A stretch of DNA of 63,650 nt, the filler included, from Nemertoderma westbladi (Eukaryota > Animalia > Xenacoelomorpha), in NCBI GenBank assembly GCA_032718475.1. It is 4 parts of 4 records of this genome, joined end to end, with 100 filler letters (N's around TTAATTAATTAA, not from the genome) between each part and the next. Parts side by side here need not be neighbours in the genome. Positions count along the whole stretch, not along the records: positions 21,655 to 39,266 come from JAUCBJ010004457.1; 3 more parts are not named here. One strand, 5' to 3'. A program made the position numbers and the translations under genes. Shown piece after piece: positions 24,316 to 35,974 of this stretch. The number at the start of each line of letters is the position of its first letter. Positions within the stretch are counted from its first letter, which is position 1. The notes under the pieces were generated by a model. It did no database searches. It was not told where the DNA came from and saw only the letters and a list, made by a program, of their open reading frames with translations.

Positions 24316-24770
24316 ATCTCGGGGCAAATTCCGCACCCTGGTTTGCCATTCCACTCCACAGGGTGGGTGTCGCAGTGGTGTCAGATATGAGGCCCATCAC
24401 CCATACCTACTCTGGCGCACATGACCCACCGTTGGCTCCCAGTGTAGCTCATCTGCTGGGCCATGTCCTGTACCCCTGCTGCCAGGTGCAGGTCGCAATG
24501 AAGTGCATTCAGAGTGCACATGAGAACACTCTACTCCTGACCCATTGGTAGATCACCATCTGCCTGGCCAGGCCATATACCCCTGCAGCCAAGTATATAT
24601 GTTCCTTAATCCAGGACCAAGGAAGTCCTTATCCCAGAACAAAGGGGGCCCTAGTTATAGGACCAGATTTAACCTAGTAAAAGGATATATGCAGCTACAG
24701 GTGGCACCTCCTTTATGCTGCAAGGAGGTGGCAAGTTTTCTTGATCAATGACCTTGAATACCTGACCTGA
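24316..24770 (-). mobile_element. 5' UTR fragment of the RTE LINE family, in a channel intron
   Basis: 24316-24620 is near-identical to 45040-45335. Confidence 0.75.
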
Positions 24771-25260
24771 CCGAATACTAACGAAATGCGCAGATACTAA
24801 CCACTAAAAAACATTAGATATATTAAATAATTTAATTTTAAGTTAATACATTAAATTCAGATATCTGAAGAAGTGAGATCAACTTAGTGGACGAAAATCA
24901 TAGGATAGGCCTAACATACAAACTTTACTGCATGTAATATACATTGTCTCATCATAATGCTTTAATAGAACGACACGCCGACTTCATCATAATGCGCTAG
25001 ACATAGTCAATCTGCGTTAAGAACCTATCAGATCTTCACAATCCTCAGCTAAAACAAACCTCTACAACATTGTAGCTGTGACAGCTGACAGGGTATATCT
25101 CAAGCAACCATTTGTATCATCACTGTAGAACTAAAACTGATACCGAACAAAACTTTGTGACTTATAGGAGATGTGCATTGTTGCAGGAGTCGGCATTGTC
25201 TCCATGACTGCCAGTACATACGCAGTAATAGTTCACGCCGATCTGTGTTCTACTGGATGT

Positions 25261-25960
25261 AGCACTGATATCTATAGCACTGCTATGTATAGCATTGCTA
25301 TCTATAGCACTGCTATGTATAGCATTGCTATCTATAGCACTGCTATGTATAGCATTGCTATCTATAACACTGCTATGTATAGCATTGCTATCTATAGCAC
25401 TGCTATGTATAGCATTGCTATCTATAGCACTACTATGTATAGCATTGCTATATATAGCATTGTTATCTATAGCACTGCTATGTATAGCATTGCTATCTAT
25501 AGCACTGCTATGTATATCATTGCTATCTATAGCACTGCTATGTATAGCATTGCTATCTATAGCACTGCTATGTATAGCATTGCTATCTATAACACTGCTA
25601 TGTATAGCATTGCTATCTATAGCACTGCTATGTATAGCATTGCTATCTATAGCACTGCTATGTATAGCATTGCTATGTATAGCATTGTTATCTATAGCAC
25701 TGCTATGTATAGCACTGCTATGTATAGCATTGCTATCTATAACACTGCTATGTATACCATTGCTATCTATAGCACTGCTATGTATAGCATTGCTATCTAA
25801 AGCACTGCTATGTATAGCATTGCTATCTATAGCACTGCTATGTATAGCATTGCTATCTAAAGCACTGCTATGTATAGCATTGCTATCTATAGCACTGCTA
25901 TGTATAGCATTGCTATCTATAGCACTGCTATGTATAGCATTGCTATCTATAGCATTGATA
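25261..25960. repeat. Minisatellite, 15-bp monomer / 30-bp dimer
   Basis: (AGCACTGCTATGTAT AGCATTGCTATCTAT)n. Confidence 0.95.
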
Positions 25961-26164
25961 TGTGTTTCAGAATCAGTAATCGTTTCACTATAATTATAAT
26001 TCCTATCATTAAAACTTATTCATACTTTTTTCATAATATCTACAATGAACACAGAATGCGCAACTGCCTACCTGCTCATGTGCGCTAATGTGTCCAGCTA
26101 GTCTTTTTGCTTTGATTTAATACTCTTTTCTAATCTTCCTCTTTTTATTTTCTTCCCATTTTAG

Positions 26165-26391
26165 GATTATAAGATGTCAATGTATCTCAGACAAAGTTGG
26201 AATGACCCACGGTTATCTTTTGATGATATTGCAGCTAATTCCAGCATCAACTTGGACCAATCGATGCTCGACTTTATGTGGATTCCAGATATGTTCTTTG
26301 TAAATGAGAAAGACGCCAATTTCCACACAGCAACAAAAGACAACAAATTGCTTCGACTGTCATCCAATGGAGACATACTTTACAGTATTCG
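26165..26391 (+). CDS. GlyR-like channel exon (loops D, A, E)
   Basis: [17 protein letters not shown]...[13 protein letters not shown]...[15 protein letters not shown]; AG/GT boundaries. Confidence 0.95.
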
Positions 26392-26996
26392 GTTTGTCTG
26401 ATTTTATTCCCGGGTTGTGATTGAAGGAATGTAGCACTAGTAGCAAGGTGATAAAAGCGTTTCGTGCTACATCAACCGGGGAGAGATGGGTGTTAATTAT
26501 CGTATTTCACAATCCATTTCCATTTGGGAATTTCTTAAAATTGCCCCTGCCATCTTTCTGACTCGAAATATGCCTTATCTTCACTGCATTGAATGCACTG
26601 TGCACTGTGTACTAGGCAGGCTTTATTATGCGTTTTAATGGTAATAGCCTGGGCCTCCCCTAATGCGGTCCTATTAGCAACGGACATCATGGGGCGCAAT
26701 TATTTCAACATTAAACAACTCAAATTAATCTCAATTATTTGACCTTTCTTGTGAACCTATTGGGTTGGAAGGGATTCAATGAACTGTGCAACCAAACATA
26801 TCTATCCGATTGTAAGTATCTGCTCGAAACTTTCCCAAGTTTTAGGGAAATATTAAAGCGGTTTGAAATTCTGAATGTTTATCAGGTTCAATACCAATAA
26901 GTAAATTAAATTTGTTAATATTTATTCGTCTTATTTCTTACGTGCTGCAATGCACTGTTGTTAGCAAATCTAGCAGTTTAACTTGTTTAATTTCAG

Positions 26997-27079
26997 GATG
27001 AGCGTGACATTAGCTTGTTCAATGAAACTTCACAATTTCCCAATGGATATCCAGCATTGCGTTATACAGATGGAAAGTT
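26997..27079 (+). CDS. GlyR-like channel exon with the Cys-loop (83 bp)
   Basis: MSVTLACSMKLHNFPMDIQHCVIQMES; C-x13-C. Confidence 0.95.
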
Positions 27080-27868
27080 GTAAGTTTAACTCCTTTAATC
27101 CCTTAAGTTAAACTCTTCCGTTTAATGATATTTTATAAGCATAATTTGTGCTTTGCTCAACTTTGGGACTTTATGATGGATACAAACAGTGCCCAAATTT
27201 TTCGGATTTTTTCATAATACGCCTCATCGCATTGCAACGTCAGCAGTTCTGTAGGCCCTACTCCGTACAACATGAAATTCGTTCTATTTGTCTGCCCTTC
27301 TTCAACAACATGGGAATTGTACACAGAGATAAATGGACTAGCCTTGCAAACAATTTAAAGTTAATAAAGCATTAAAATACTTACATTTTCTGACAATACT
27401 AACGTTAATACATATAAATAATATTGGCTTGGGGCCTGTTAAATTATAAAATCTCAAATTTATGTAAATTAAAAACGGCTATGACTTGGATCGTCGAAAT
27501 ATAATGTATCTTTAATGTTAATGAATTGCATACTGTTAATTAATGTCAAATAATGACATATTCCAGTCAATAATTGGTATTATCGTATTTTCATTGACAC
27601 TAGGCTTGTACTGTTGGTGGAGGGAGGGGGGGGGGGGATTCCACACATTGTCATACCAAAGTTACGAATGCTAATAAGAAGGTGTGGCAGTGTCCTTGCC
27701 ATTAGCACCTTGTTTTGTAAGTTTAAGTGTTTATCTGTGGTGCTCTGTGTAATTTGGTGTTCTGTATGTAGGGGGATAGTGACGATGTGCTGATCTATCA
27801 GGCGTAGAGTTGATTTTGATTTGCGACACATAAACGAACCTAGTAAAATGGTAAATGTTCGCTTATGG

Positions 27869-27941
27869 CAAGGACTTCTAGAACATAGTATTCTATGTAG
27901 TATATATTCGAATTATATATACTATGTTCTAGAAGTCCTTG
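27869..27941. mobile_element. 73-bp P-element-like micro-MITE
   Basis: Perfect 22-bp TIR CAAGGACTTCTAGAACATAGTA; 7-bp TSD CTTATGG. Confidence 0.75.
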
Positions 27942-28129
27942 CTTATGGCTATGCACGTAAACTGTCAAAAACTGTGTGACTGGAAAAAAAAATCAGTATC
28001 AATAATAAATATATGTATCAATAAATAAAATGACCATATACAATTACATCAGGGTCGGCTTAGGCCATCGCTCATTCGTGAATCAGAGATTATTTACAAT
28101 CCAGAGATGATTAAATTTTAATGTTAATA

Positions 28130-28325
28130 TTGGACGGCATCCTGGATGTTGGACGGATCCATCATGGATGTTGGACGGATCCATCATGGATGGTGGACGG
28201 ATCCATCATGGATGTTGGACGGATCCATCATGGATGTTGGACGGATCCATCATGGATGTTGGACGGATCCATCATGGGGGTTGGACGGATCCATCATGGA
28301 TGTTGGACGGATCCATCATGGATGC
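28130..28325. repeat. 22-bp minisatellite
   Basis: (GGATGTTGGACGGATCCATCAT)n, about 8 copies. Confidence 0.9.
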
Positions 28326-28778
28326 CTTTATTTCTCACACGTGTTTGTTTGTTTGTTTGTTTGTGTGTTTGTTTGTACACACAACTTTTTGCACTTAATG
28401 TAGCTGGAATTGGATGAAACTTTGGTGATAGGTTCATTATCAGACCTAGTTGTGTATGCAATGTTTTGGTTGCTAGGGACCTGTTGGTTGCCTAGCAACA
28501 GTGAAATTAATTATAGAATGACCGATCATAATCGTAGAATTCACTCAATCAAAATTATGTCGACACCCCATAGTGAGCATCTATTGGACATGCTTTCTGC
28601 AAAATTTCGCTTTATTTCGCTCAGAATTGTAGAAGATACATTTTCATTCAAACAGTGTTTTTTAACATACAAGTTTTACTACTATTGTGTACTTCGCCCA
28701 ATGTTTCGTGTTTAGTTTTTCGTTATTAGGCTGCTCTGCATAGACGTGTAAATTATTACAACAATAATAAAATTGTAT

Positions 28779-29247
28779 GGCCCATGTGAAGAATACCAGA
28801 CTTTCTGCCGAGCGTTATATTTCACTTTGCAGTTACCCCCATGTGAAGAATACCATGTTTACACCAAAAACACAAGTCACAGAAGGGCTGAATCTAACCA
28901 AAAACAATAAACGAATTAGTATTATACAGGTTTTAAGACAGAAATAAGCGTTATAAAATACTTAACGCCCATGTGAAGAAACCAGGTTTTCACTTTTCGG
29001 TCGTTATTTTATTGGAATTTTATATATGAAGAATTTGAATTTGAATTTTTAATTTATATTTATTAAGTGTTTTGTAACGCTTATTTCTATCTTATAACCT
29101 GTACATATACTAGTTGTCGTTTATTGTTTTGGTTAGATTCAGCCCTTCTGTAACCTGCGTTTTTGGTGAAAACCTGATATTCTTCACATGGTGGTAACTG
29201 CAAAGTGAAATATAACGGCAGAAAGTCTGGTATTCTTCACATGGGCC
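28779..29247. mobile_element. Palindromic foldback MITE
   Basis: GGCCCATGTGAAGAATACCAGACTTTCTGCCG ... CGGCAGAAAGTCTGGTATTCTTCACATGGGCC; arms of about 180 bp. Confidence 0.85.
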
Positions 29248-29774
29248 CAAAAATGTGCTATTTTCTTTCTTTTTGAGGACTAATTACTGTAAAATATGTC
29301 ATTTCTAACGGGCTTTAAAATAAGATATTGTTTCAATTCTAAATGTAATTTTTTAACGAATGACTGACAATAATTGGAATGGGCTCCTATCGTGCTGCCA
29401 AAGCATTGTTTTAACACTCCCACTCAAACACATATTACGTCGTCTTCCCGTTAAATACGCAACAGGATGAGTATCAGACCATATAGAATGATATCAGTAT
29501 AAACCCCATTAGTAGTGACTGCATTTGTAGTCACAATTACTTTAATACTAAGTTGGGGTGTGCAGTCGTACACGCACAGCCGTACACATTAATATTTTTT
29601 AATGTAAACTTACTATTAGCTTCAATAGTATCATGAGGATAGATTACTTAAAAGCTAATAGCTTCCGCCATTTTACTATCCGACATTGAGTTGTGTATTT
29701 CGCATATTATTTTATCGTGTTTTAACAACTTTCCCCCACGCGGTGTTTAATAATATATTTCATTAAATTGACAG

Positions 29775-29912
29775 ATGCGTTTACCAAGGAGGATATGATT
29801 TTCTATTGGGACAAGGAAAACGCTTTAGAAATAGTTTCAGATGACATAAAACTTCCACAATTTATGATGACCAATGTTTCTAACACTGAATGCAAGCGTG
29901 ACTACTCCACAG
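29775..29912 (+). CDS. GlyR-like channel exon (loops B, F, start of C; 138 bp)
   Basis: acag|YAFTKEDMIFYW...IKLPQF...ECKRDYSTG|gtaaac. Confidence 0.92.
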
Positions 29913-31959
29913 GTAAACTACTAATAATAATTAATAATATAAAGTGTCACTTTGATATCATACTATCTTCATCACCGTCACGTCATTGTATTAAGGACTT
30001 ATGTAATGTTACTAATTATAAATTTTATTTTTAAAATTAGTTTAGTAAACATGTGAAACAACTAGGTGTCATATGGAAAAAAGCTCAGTTTTCTTTCCCA
30101 TGTAATACGTAATTTTATGCTACACACAGTAAAGCACTGTAGGGGATTTTTAGGAAATCGCAATGTTTTGGAAAATAAGTTGCCTTTGTTTCACTTCGAT
30201 TCCATCTTTGAAGGAATTTAGATTTGAAAAGTCCAATAATTATTCCTGAAACGTTCGTTATAATTTGTTTAAATTGTAATTTTATGGAATAAAATAATAA
30301 ATAGCTTAGATGTTTGTGAGGGAGTTAACAGTGGGAAGGAGCAGGTTACAGTGGCTGTGTTTTCTAAACATGCGAACATATGCGAACATTTGGAGCTGGA
30401 ATTCGATTTTTTCACTTGTGGTCAATGTGCGTCACTGAGCGTGAGCATAGGCCATGCCCCTATGGCGAGTAGGGTAGGCTTATTTCGAATATTTATTCCC
30501 TAATATTGTTCATTTGCGTATCATAAGAGACGGGAACAAGAATACGTGTCTGCATCGGTTGACATCATTATACCAAATGATCAGGCCTTCTTATATGTCA
30601 CATCGATAATCTAGTATGCCAAGATAAGCCTAATAATTTGCATAATTCTTAGGTCATGGCTTTAATCTCCTGTCCACGCATTAACATACAGGACAAAGTT
30701 TCCTTTCATTATTCAAATCAAGGAATTTATTTAGCTAATTTATGATGTATCATTCTATGGCAATGCAGTGATAGAAAAGAAACCATCCCATCATCAGTCC
30801 AATGGATGTTGACATGATGCCATATTGGAATATAAGCAAATCAATATCAACCACTTATTAATAGCGTGATGTACTGTAGTAGGCCTACATACATAAATTT
30901 TTTATATACTGTGCTAAAAATTGATTTCCACTCACCAACACCCCCCCCCCCCCCCCCCCTCGCTCATCCTCAACTGTCTATGTAAGTTGTTCTTTTACTA
31001 ACTTGCTTTCATTGTAATACAAGGAAATTGAAACAAAAAATACGTCTCTTCGCCGCGCATAGTTTGTTTATATGCTGTAAACATTGCCTGGAACTTCGCC
31101 CACGTATTGTTGTCGGCGGGTATTTACCAGAAGGGCTGTCACCTAAAACCGTCAGCGTTCAGAGTGTCTGGTCCTCATACTTCACTCTGTTCGCAAACAA
31201 AGTCGTCTATCTGTGAGAATGAAACCCATGTTTGTAGAATATTGTAGAACACGCAAAATATACAACTTTTCTAAAATTAATTATAACTTATCCAGTCGCT
31301 TTGGATAGATCTTTGCTGAAGACAGTGGCTCGCCCCACTGTACACCTAAACTCAGAATCAACGAAATATTTCGCTAAATTGATGCTGGTGGTCCCTACAG
31401 TGAGGCAAAAAGCAATGACGGTCGATAACAATGTTGACAGCATGACAGTAGCCAATTCAGAGCAATAGATAAAAGCAATTAAATTCCTCTTAAAGTCGAT
31501 AAATAATATTGACGAATGAACGAAACGTTAATTCCGGTAGCCGAATTCCTATAAATACGTCAATTAATCGGCGTCCTTATATCCTTGTTTAAAGTTCCAC
31601 TTAATTGTCTGTTCTTCGCTGTTATCAAAACTGTCGATCTTTCGATCTTTAGAAATCAATAAATTAATTGAGTTTACGGGGACGGGACGTGCTTTGTTCA
31701 AGCTTTCGTTGTATAGGTGGTAGTGTAATGACCTTTCGTTGTATAGGTGATAGTGTAATGATCTTTCGTTGTATAGGTGGTAGTGTAATGATCTTTCATA
31801 TAGACGTAAATTGTGTCGCAGCATCCAAATAAACCAAAAATAAAATGAATAGGAAATAGACAGGTCACTTTAATTTCGCATGTAGTGAAATTTCGCTAAT
31901 TTAGTTGAGTAAAATGCTCACATGCTTAGATAGGTATAATATAATATATTTGATTCCAA

Positions 31960-32098
31960 AATTGCAAAGTACTTTACAGTGTTCTGATCCTCGTGGCTTT
32001 ATTTTCACTCACTCACTAACGTTCGTTCGTGTAACCAAGCCACTTGGTTCATCACACTGTAAATTGCTACTTTACGCAAAGTATGTAAATAGTTATTA
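31960..32098 (+). repeat. Dispersed repeat B (second copy about 41215-41355)
   Basis: TTGCAAAGTACTTTACAGTG..CTGATCCTCGTGGCTTTATTTTCACTCACTCACTAACGTTCGTTCGTG...GTATGTAAATAGTTATTACT shared. Confidence 0.8.
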
Positions 32099-32142
32099 CT
32101 AGTTTTGTTGTTTTTTGATTTATAATTGTTTCTGCATTGCAG

Positions 32143-32357
32143 GTTCCTACCCATGCGTCGAGATAAACTTCACATTGGCTCGTCTTACCGGCTATTACAT
32201 TATTCAGAACTATGTACCCAGTGTGCTCATTGTCTTGTTATCCTGGGTCAGCTTCTTTATAAGTCCGAATTCACCGCCGGCCCGAGTGGCTTTAGGGATT
32301 ATGACCGTATTGAGTATGGCAACCCAAAGTTCTGGTACACTGCAGGCAATGCCAAAG
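32143..32357 (+). CDS. GlyR-like channel exon (end of loop C, M1, M2; 215 bp)
   Basis: SYPCVEINFTLAR..GYYIIQNYVPSVLIVLLSWVSF...PARVALGIMTVLSMATQSSG; PAR anion-selectivity motif. Confidence 0.95.
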
Positions 32358-32399
32358 GTTAGTGAAAGCAATTATTAAATAAAGTCGGGCTTTGTGTTC

Positions 32400-32720
32400 A
32401 GGTTAAATGCAAAGTTTTCTTCGGCCGTTAGTGCAGGGATTGAGCACAAAGTCTGATGACTTATTTCTAGTGCGGTCCCCCAAGAACTATACTCCCCAGA
32501 GGAAACTCCAGCATTCATTTAGCTACCACTTATGGATACAAGGCAGAGATGCGCCCTGGCGAGTCTCCTTAAATCATTCGTGCCGAAACGAAAACTGCTC
32601 TGGCCTCCATGCGGAGATCGAACACCACGCCCGCCTTAGAGATTTTACAACCACTACCTCAATGTGGAATTTCCTGTATGTTATGTCTCTCGCACGATTT
32701 TGAGGACTGGAGGAATAACC
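32400..32720 (-). repeat. Possible tRNA-derived SINE
   Basis: GC-richer block with B-box-like GTTCGATCTCC and CORE-like TCCATAAGTGGTAGCTAAATGAATGCTGG on the minus strand. Confidence 0.35.
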
Positions 32721-33329
32721 CATCAACAACTAATGATTTAACTGCACACTTGGTCTATCAAATCAAAATAACCAAAAATTTAATATTTAATGTACCGGTA
32801 TACCTCAAACTAATATAAATCAAATTAAACTAAACCAACAAAATAAACAAATATAATAAAATAACTTATGTAGGCCTATATTATTCTGCTGGTACTACAG
32901 GTGAATGTTTCTAACAAGTCCAAGCAATTAATCGCAATAATTTTTATTGTCCGTTTAAATCCTTTTTTTGTCCTTTTTTTTATTTTTTATGTCCTCCAAA
33001 AGTCTAATGTTAGGTTCCATGCTACCGGTTTCTCTACTGCTGTTCTCTCAGGCTATCAGTACCGGTATTAGTATATATAGCACTATTTTGCTGTATTGTA
33101 TGTACAGATGTAGGTATAAAGCAGGTATTTCTGTATTTTAGTACCGGTACCGGCACCGGTACTGCTATAGGCCTACTGTGTAGCCTACCATTTAAATACG
33201 GTAATGGTAGGCCTACCGGTTGTGCTAATAAATTTTAAATAATTGATAGGCCAAACTGGATTGCAGGATTGTGGAAAATGTGGATATACCTTTCACATAA
33301 TTTAGGCCTATTACTGTATTAGTTTTATC

Positions 33330-33848
33330 GTCTCTGTAACCTGCTCCTTTCCCTCAATTAGTTAAATGATCGTTTATTGTTTTGGTTAGAAAATCCCGCC
33401 TCTGTAACCTGCCCCTTTCCCTCAATTAGTTAAATGATCGTTTATTGTTTTGGTTAGAAAATCCCGCCTCTGTAACCTGCTCCTTTCCCTGAATTGGTAA
33501 AGTGACCGTTTATTGTTTTGGTTAGAAAGGCCCGCCTCTGTAACCTGCCCCTTTCCCTCAATTAGTTAAATGATCGTTTATTGTTTTGGTTAGAAAATCC
33601 CGCCTCTGTAACCTGCTCCTTTCCCTCAATTAGTTAAGTGATCGTTTATTGTTTTGGTTAGAAAATCCCGCCTCTGTAACCTGCTCCTTTCCCTCAATTA
33701 GTTAAGTGATCGTTTATTGTTTTGGTTAGAAAATCCCGTCTCTGTAACCTGCTCCTTTCCCTGATTTGGTAAAGTGACTGTTTATTGTTTTGGTTAGAAA
33801 ACTCGGCCTTAACCTGCTCCTTTCCATCAATTGGTAATTGTTTTTGGC
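33330..33848. repeat. 68-bp tandem satellite related to repeat family A
   Basis: About 7.5 copies of CTCTGTAACCTGCTCCTTTCCCTCAATTAGTTAAATGATCGTTTATTGTTTTGGTTAGAAAATCCCGC. Confidence 0.9.
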
Positions 33849-35076
33849 TATAAAATGAGTGTTTTGCTACGTCATGTGGTAATCGATTATCGACAACAAC
33901 CACAAACTATTAAATATAGAGTCTTTTTACCACAGGCGCATATGGAAATCTATCTCATAGTCTATAAATCATGGAATCATGGAATGTTTTGGCACAGGCA
34001 TAGTGAAATCAACTGTCTGACAGTCCAGAAATCAGCAGTCTGACAGTTTGAAGAAATACATACATAAAAAGTCATTAAAAGGACAATAAAAGTCATTAAA
34101 AGGACAACAAAAGTCATTATGCATAATTCGTAAAAAAAAATGACAAAAAAAGTCAAATAAAAGGACATAAAAAATCACTGCCGAATTAATTGCATAGCTA
34201 TTGCAAGGATTTTTAAGGAAAAAATACCATTTAAGGAAATAATTAATTTATGTGAGTTGTTTATAATGACTTTGTTTCACGTGGCCCATCGTTATCTTTC
34301 ATGTTTTTCATTGTAGAAAATTATTAAGTAATTTTTATCATGGTTTTTTTAAGTGTTATAAATATATCAAATGTTTTTTGTGATAACGATGGGCCACCAT
34401 ACACCATACACTTACCAATTTTGTTTCCAGAGCAACGGAGTTTTTTTTTAATTAAGCAGTTTTTATCACTTGGCTGTTACAATACGGGAACCTATTAACA
34501 CACATTCCCCACTAAACATGGGAGGGGGGGGGGGGGGGGGGGGGGGGGGTGGAATCCTACCTATCACAACAGATATGTCGACTTTCATAAACTCTTATTT
34601 CTAAATAAGATATTTGTTATATTGTAAATTATTGTGTTTTTTAAAACGAAAACAAATAAATAAATAATTACACTTAAAATCAATACAGTAATCCCAATTT
34701 TATTTTTTTTTAAATCTCCGCTGACATTATTTGAAATTTTAAATTTCCTTGCAGTGCTATTGTTTTTTTATTGTATGCTACTTTACTTCAAGTTACCGAG
34801 ATATATCAATTAATGTACTGCAGGTCAGTGTCATTTTATTCCTATCCCGTTGAATCCTATAACATTAATTTTCTCCCACTCTACCTTTTGTTTGGCGAAA
34901 TTTCTTAGAATTTCCAGCAAGAAATATATGTTCCACTACACATAGTTTTGGAGCATGGAATTTTTGTTAGCAATTAATACCCACAGTTGCAAACAAAAAA
35001 CTTTTGGCACTTTTGTCAAACACAATATTTTCGGTAAGCCACCCCAATAGAAATGTGTTTGTCTTTTGTCTTACAG

Positions 35077-35241
35077 GTTTCTTACATCAAGGCCATTGAC
35101 TTGTGGATGGCTGCGTGCTTCCTTTTCGTCGTTGGTGCTCTTTTGGAATTTGCTATCGTCAATTACGCTGTAAAGAAACAATTTATCAATGGATTAATGA
35201 TAAAAAGACGTAAATATTTCGAGCATATACCATATCACAAG
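35077..35241 (+). CDS. GlyR-like channel exon (M3 and start of the intracellular loop)
   Basis: VSYIKAIDLWMAACFLFVVGALLEFAIVNY...HK|gtaaaa, phase 0. Confidence 0.95.
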
Positions 35242-35974
35242 GTAAAATCAGTATAATCTTTGGTATTTAAGAAATATTCGGAAGAAAACTTTTTCAAACT
35301 AAAACGTTTTTTGTGTATTTTGTTCAAGCAGGAATAATAATCCCACAAAAAAAGTCTTTTTATGATGCCAAGTGATTGTTTTAATCATCATTGAATAGTC
35401 AATAGGATCGCAATCCGATGGGAAGTATAGGAATGATTAGACTGATATTATCATATACTTAATTATTAACAACTAACCAACACAATGATGAACACAAGTC
35501 ACACATCACAGTACATATTGCACTTGAAATCTTTACGGTCTTACATTTGATATGAGGCGCATTTGCCAATAATATGTCAATATCTTGTAAATGTAATACC
35601 ATTAAGAACATTTTGGCGTCTTTGGATTGTCGTCTTGTATTGAAGAACTAAATAACAATAGAACTCGGTTCTTATTGTTTGTGACAAATTAATTACAGAG
35701 GGCCGAAGGTAGATGATAGTAATAAAATATAACTCATGGTTTATGTACATATTGCAATGCCAAAGTCAATTTATTATTATATTGTTGTAGAACAAAAACC
35801 ATAAATAGTTTAAATGTTATGATTGCGGTTGCCATATTTATTATAAAACTGCTTGCACTGCATGCATGTTAAATACGATAATTAGTTATTACGTTTCAGT
35901 TATTTTTTACATTCCAATGATAGACAATATTATTATTTGAATAATTTGAATAAGTTAACAAATTTAAATGACAG

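Noticed and set aside
25171-25993. 209-aa and 232-aa ORFs
   Set aside because: Translations of the 15/30-bp minisatellite inside an intron
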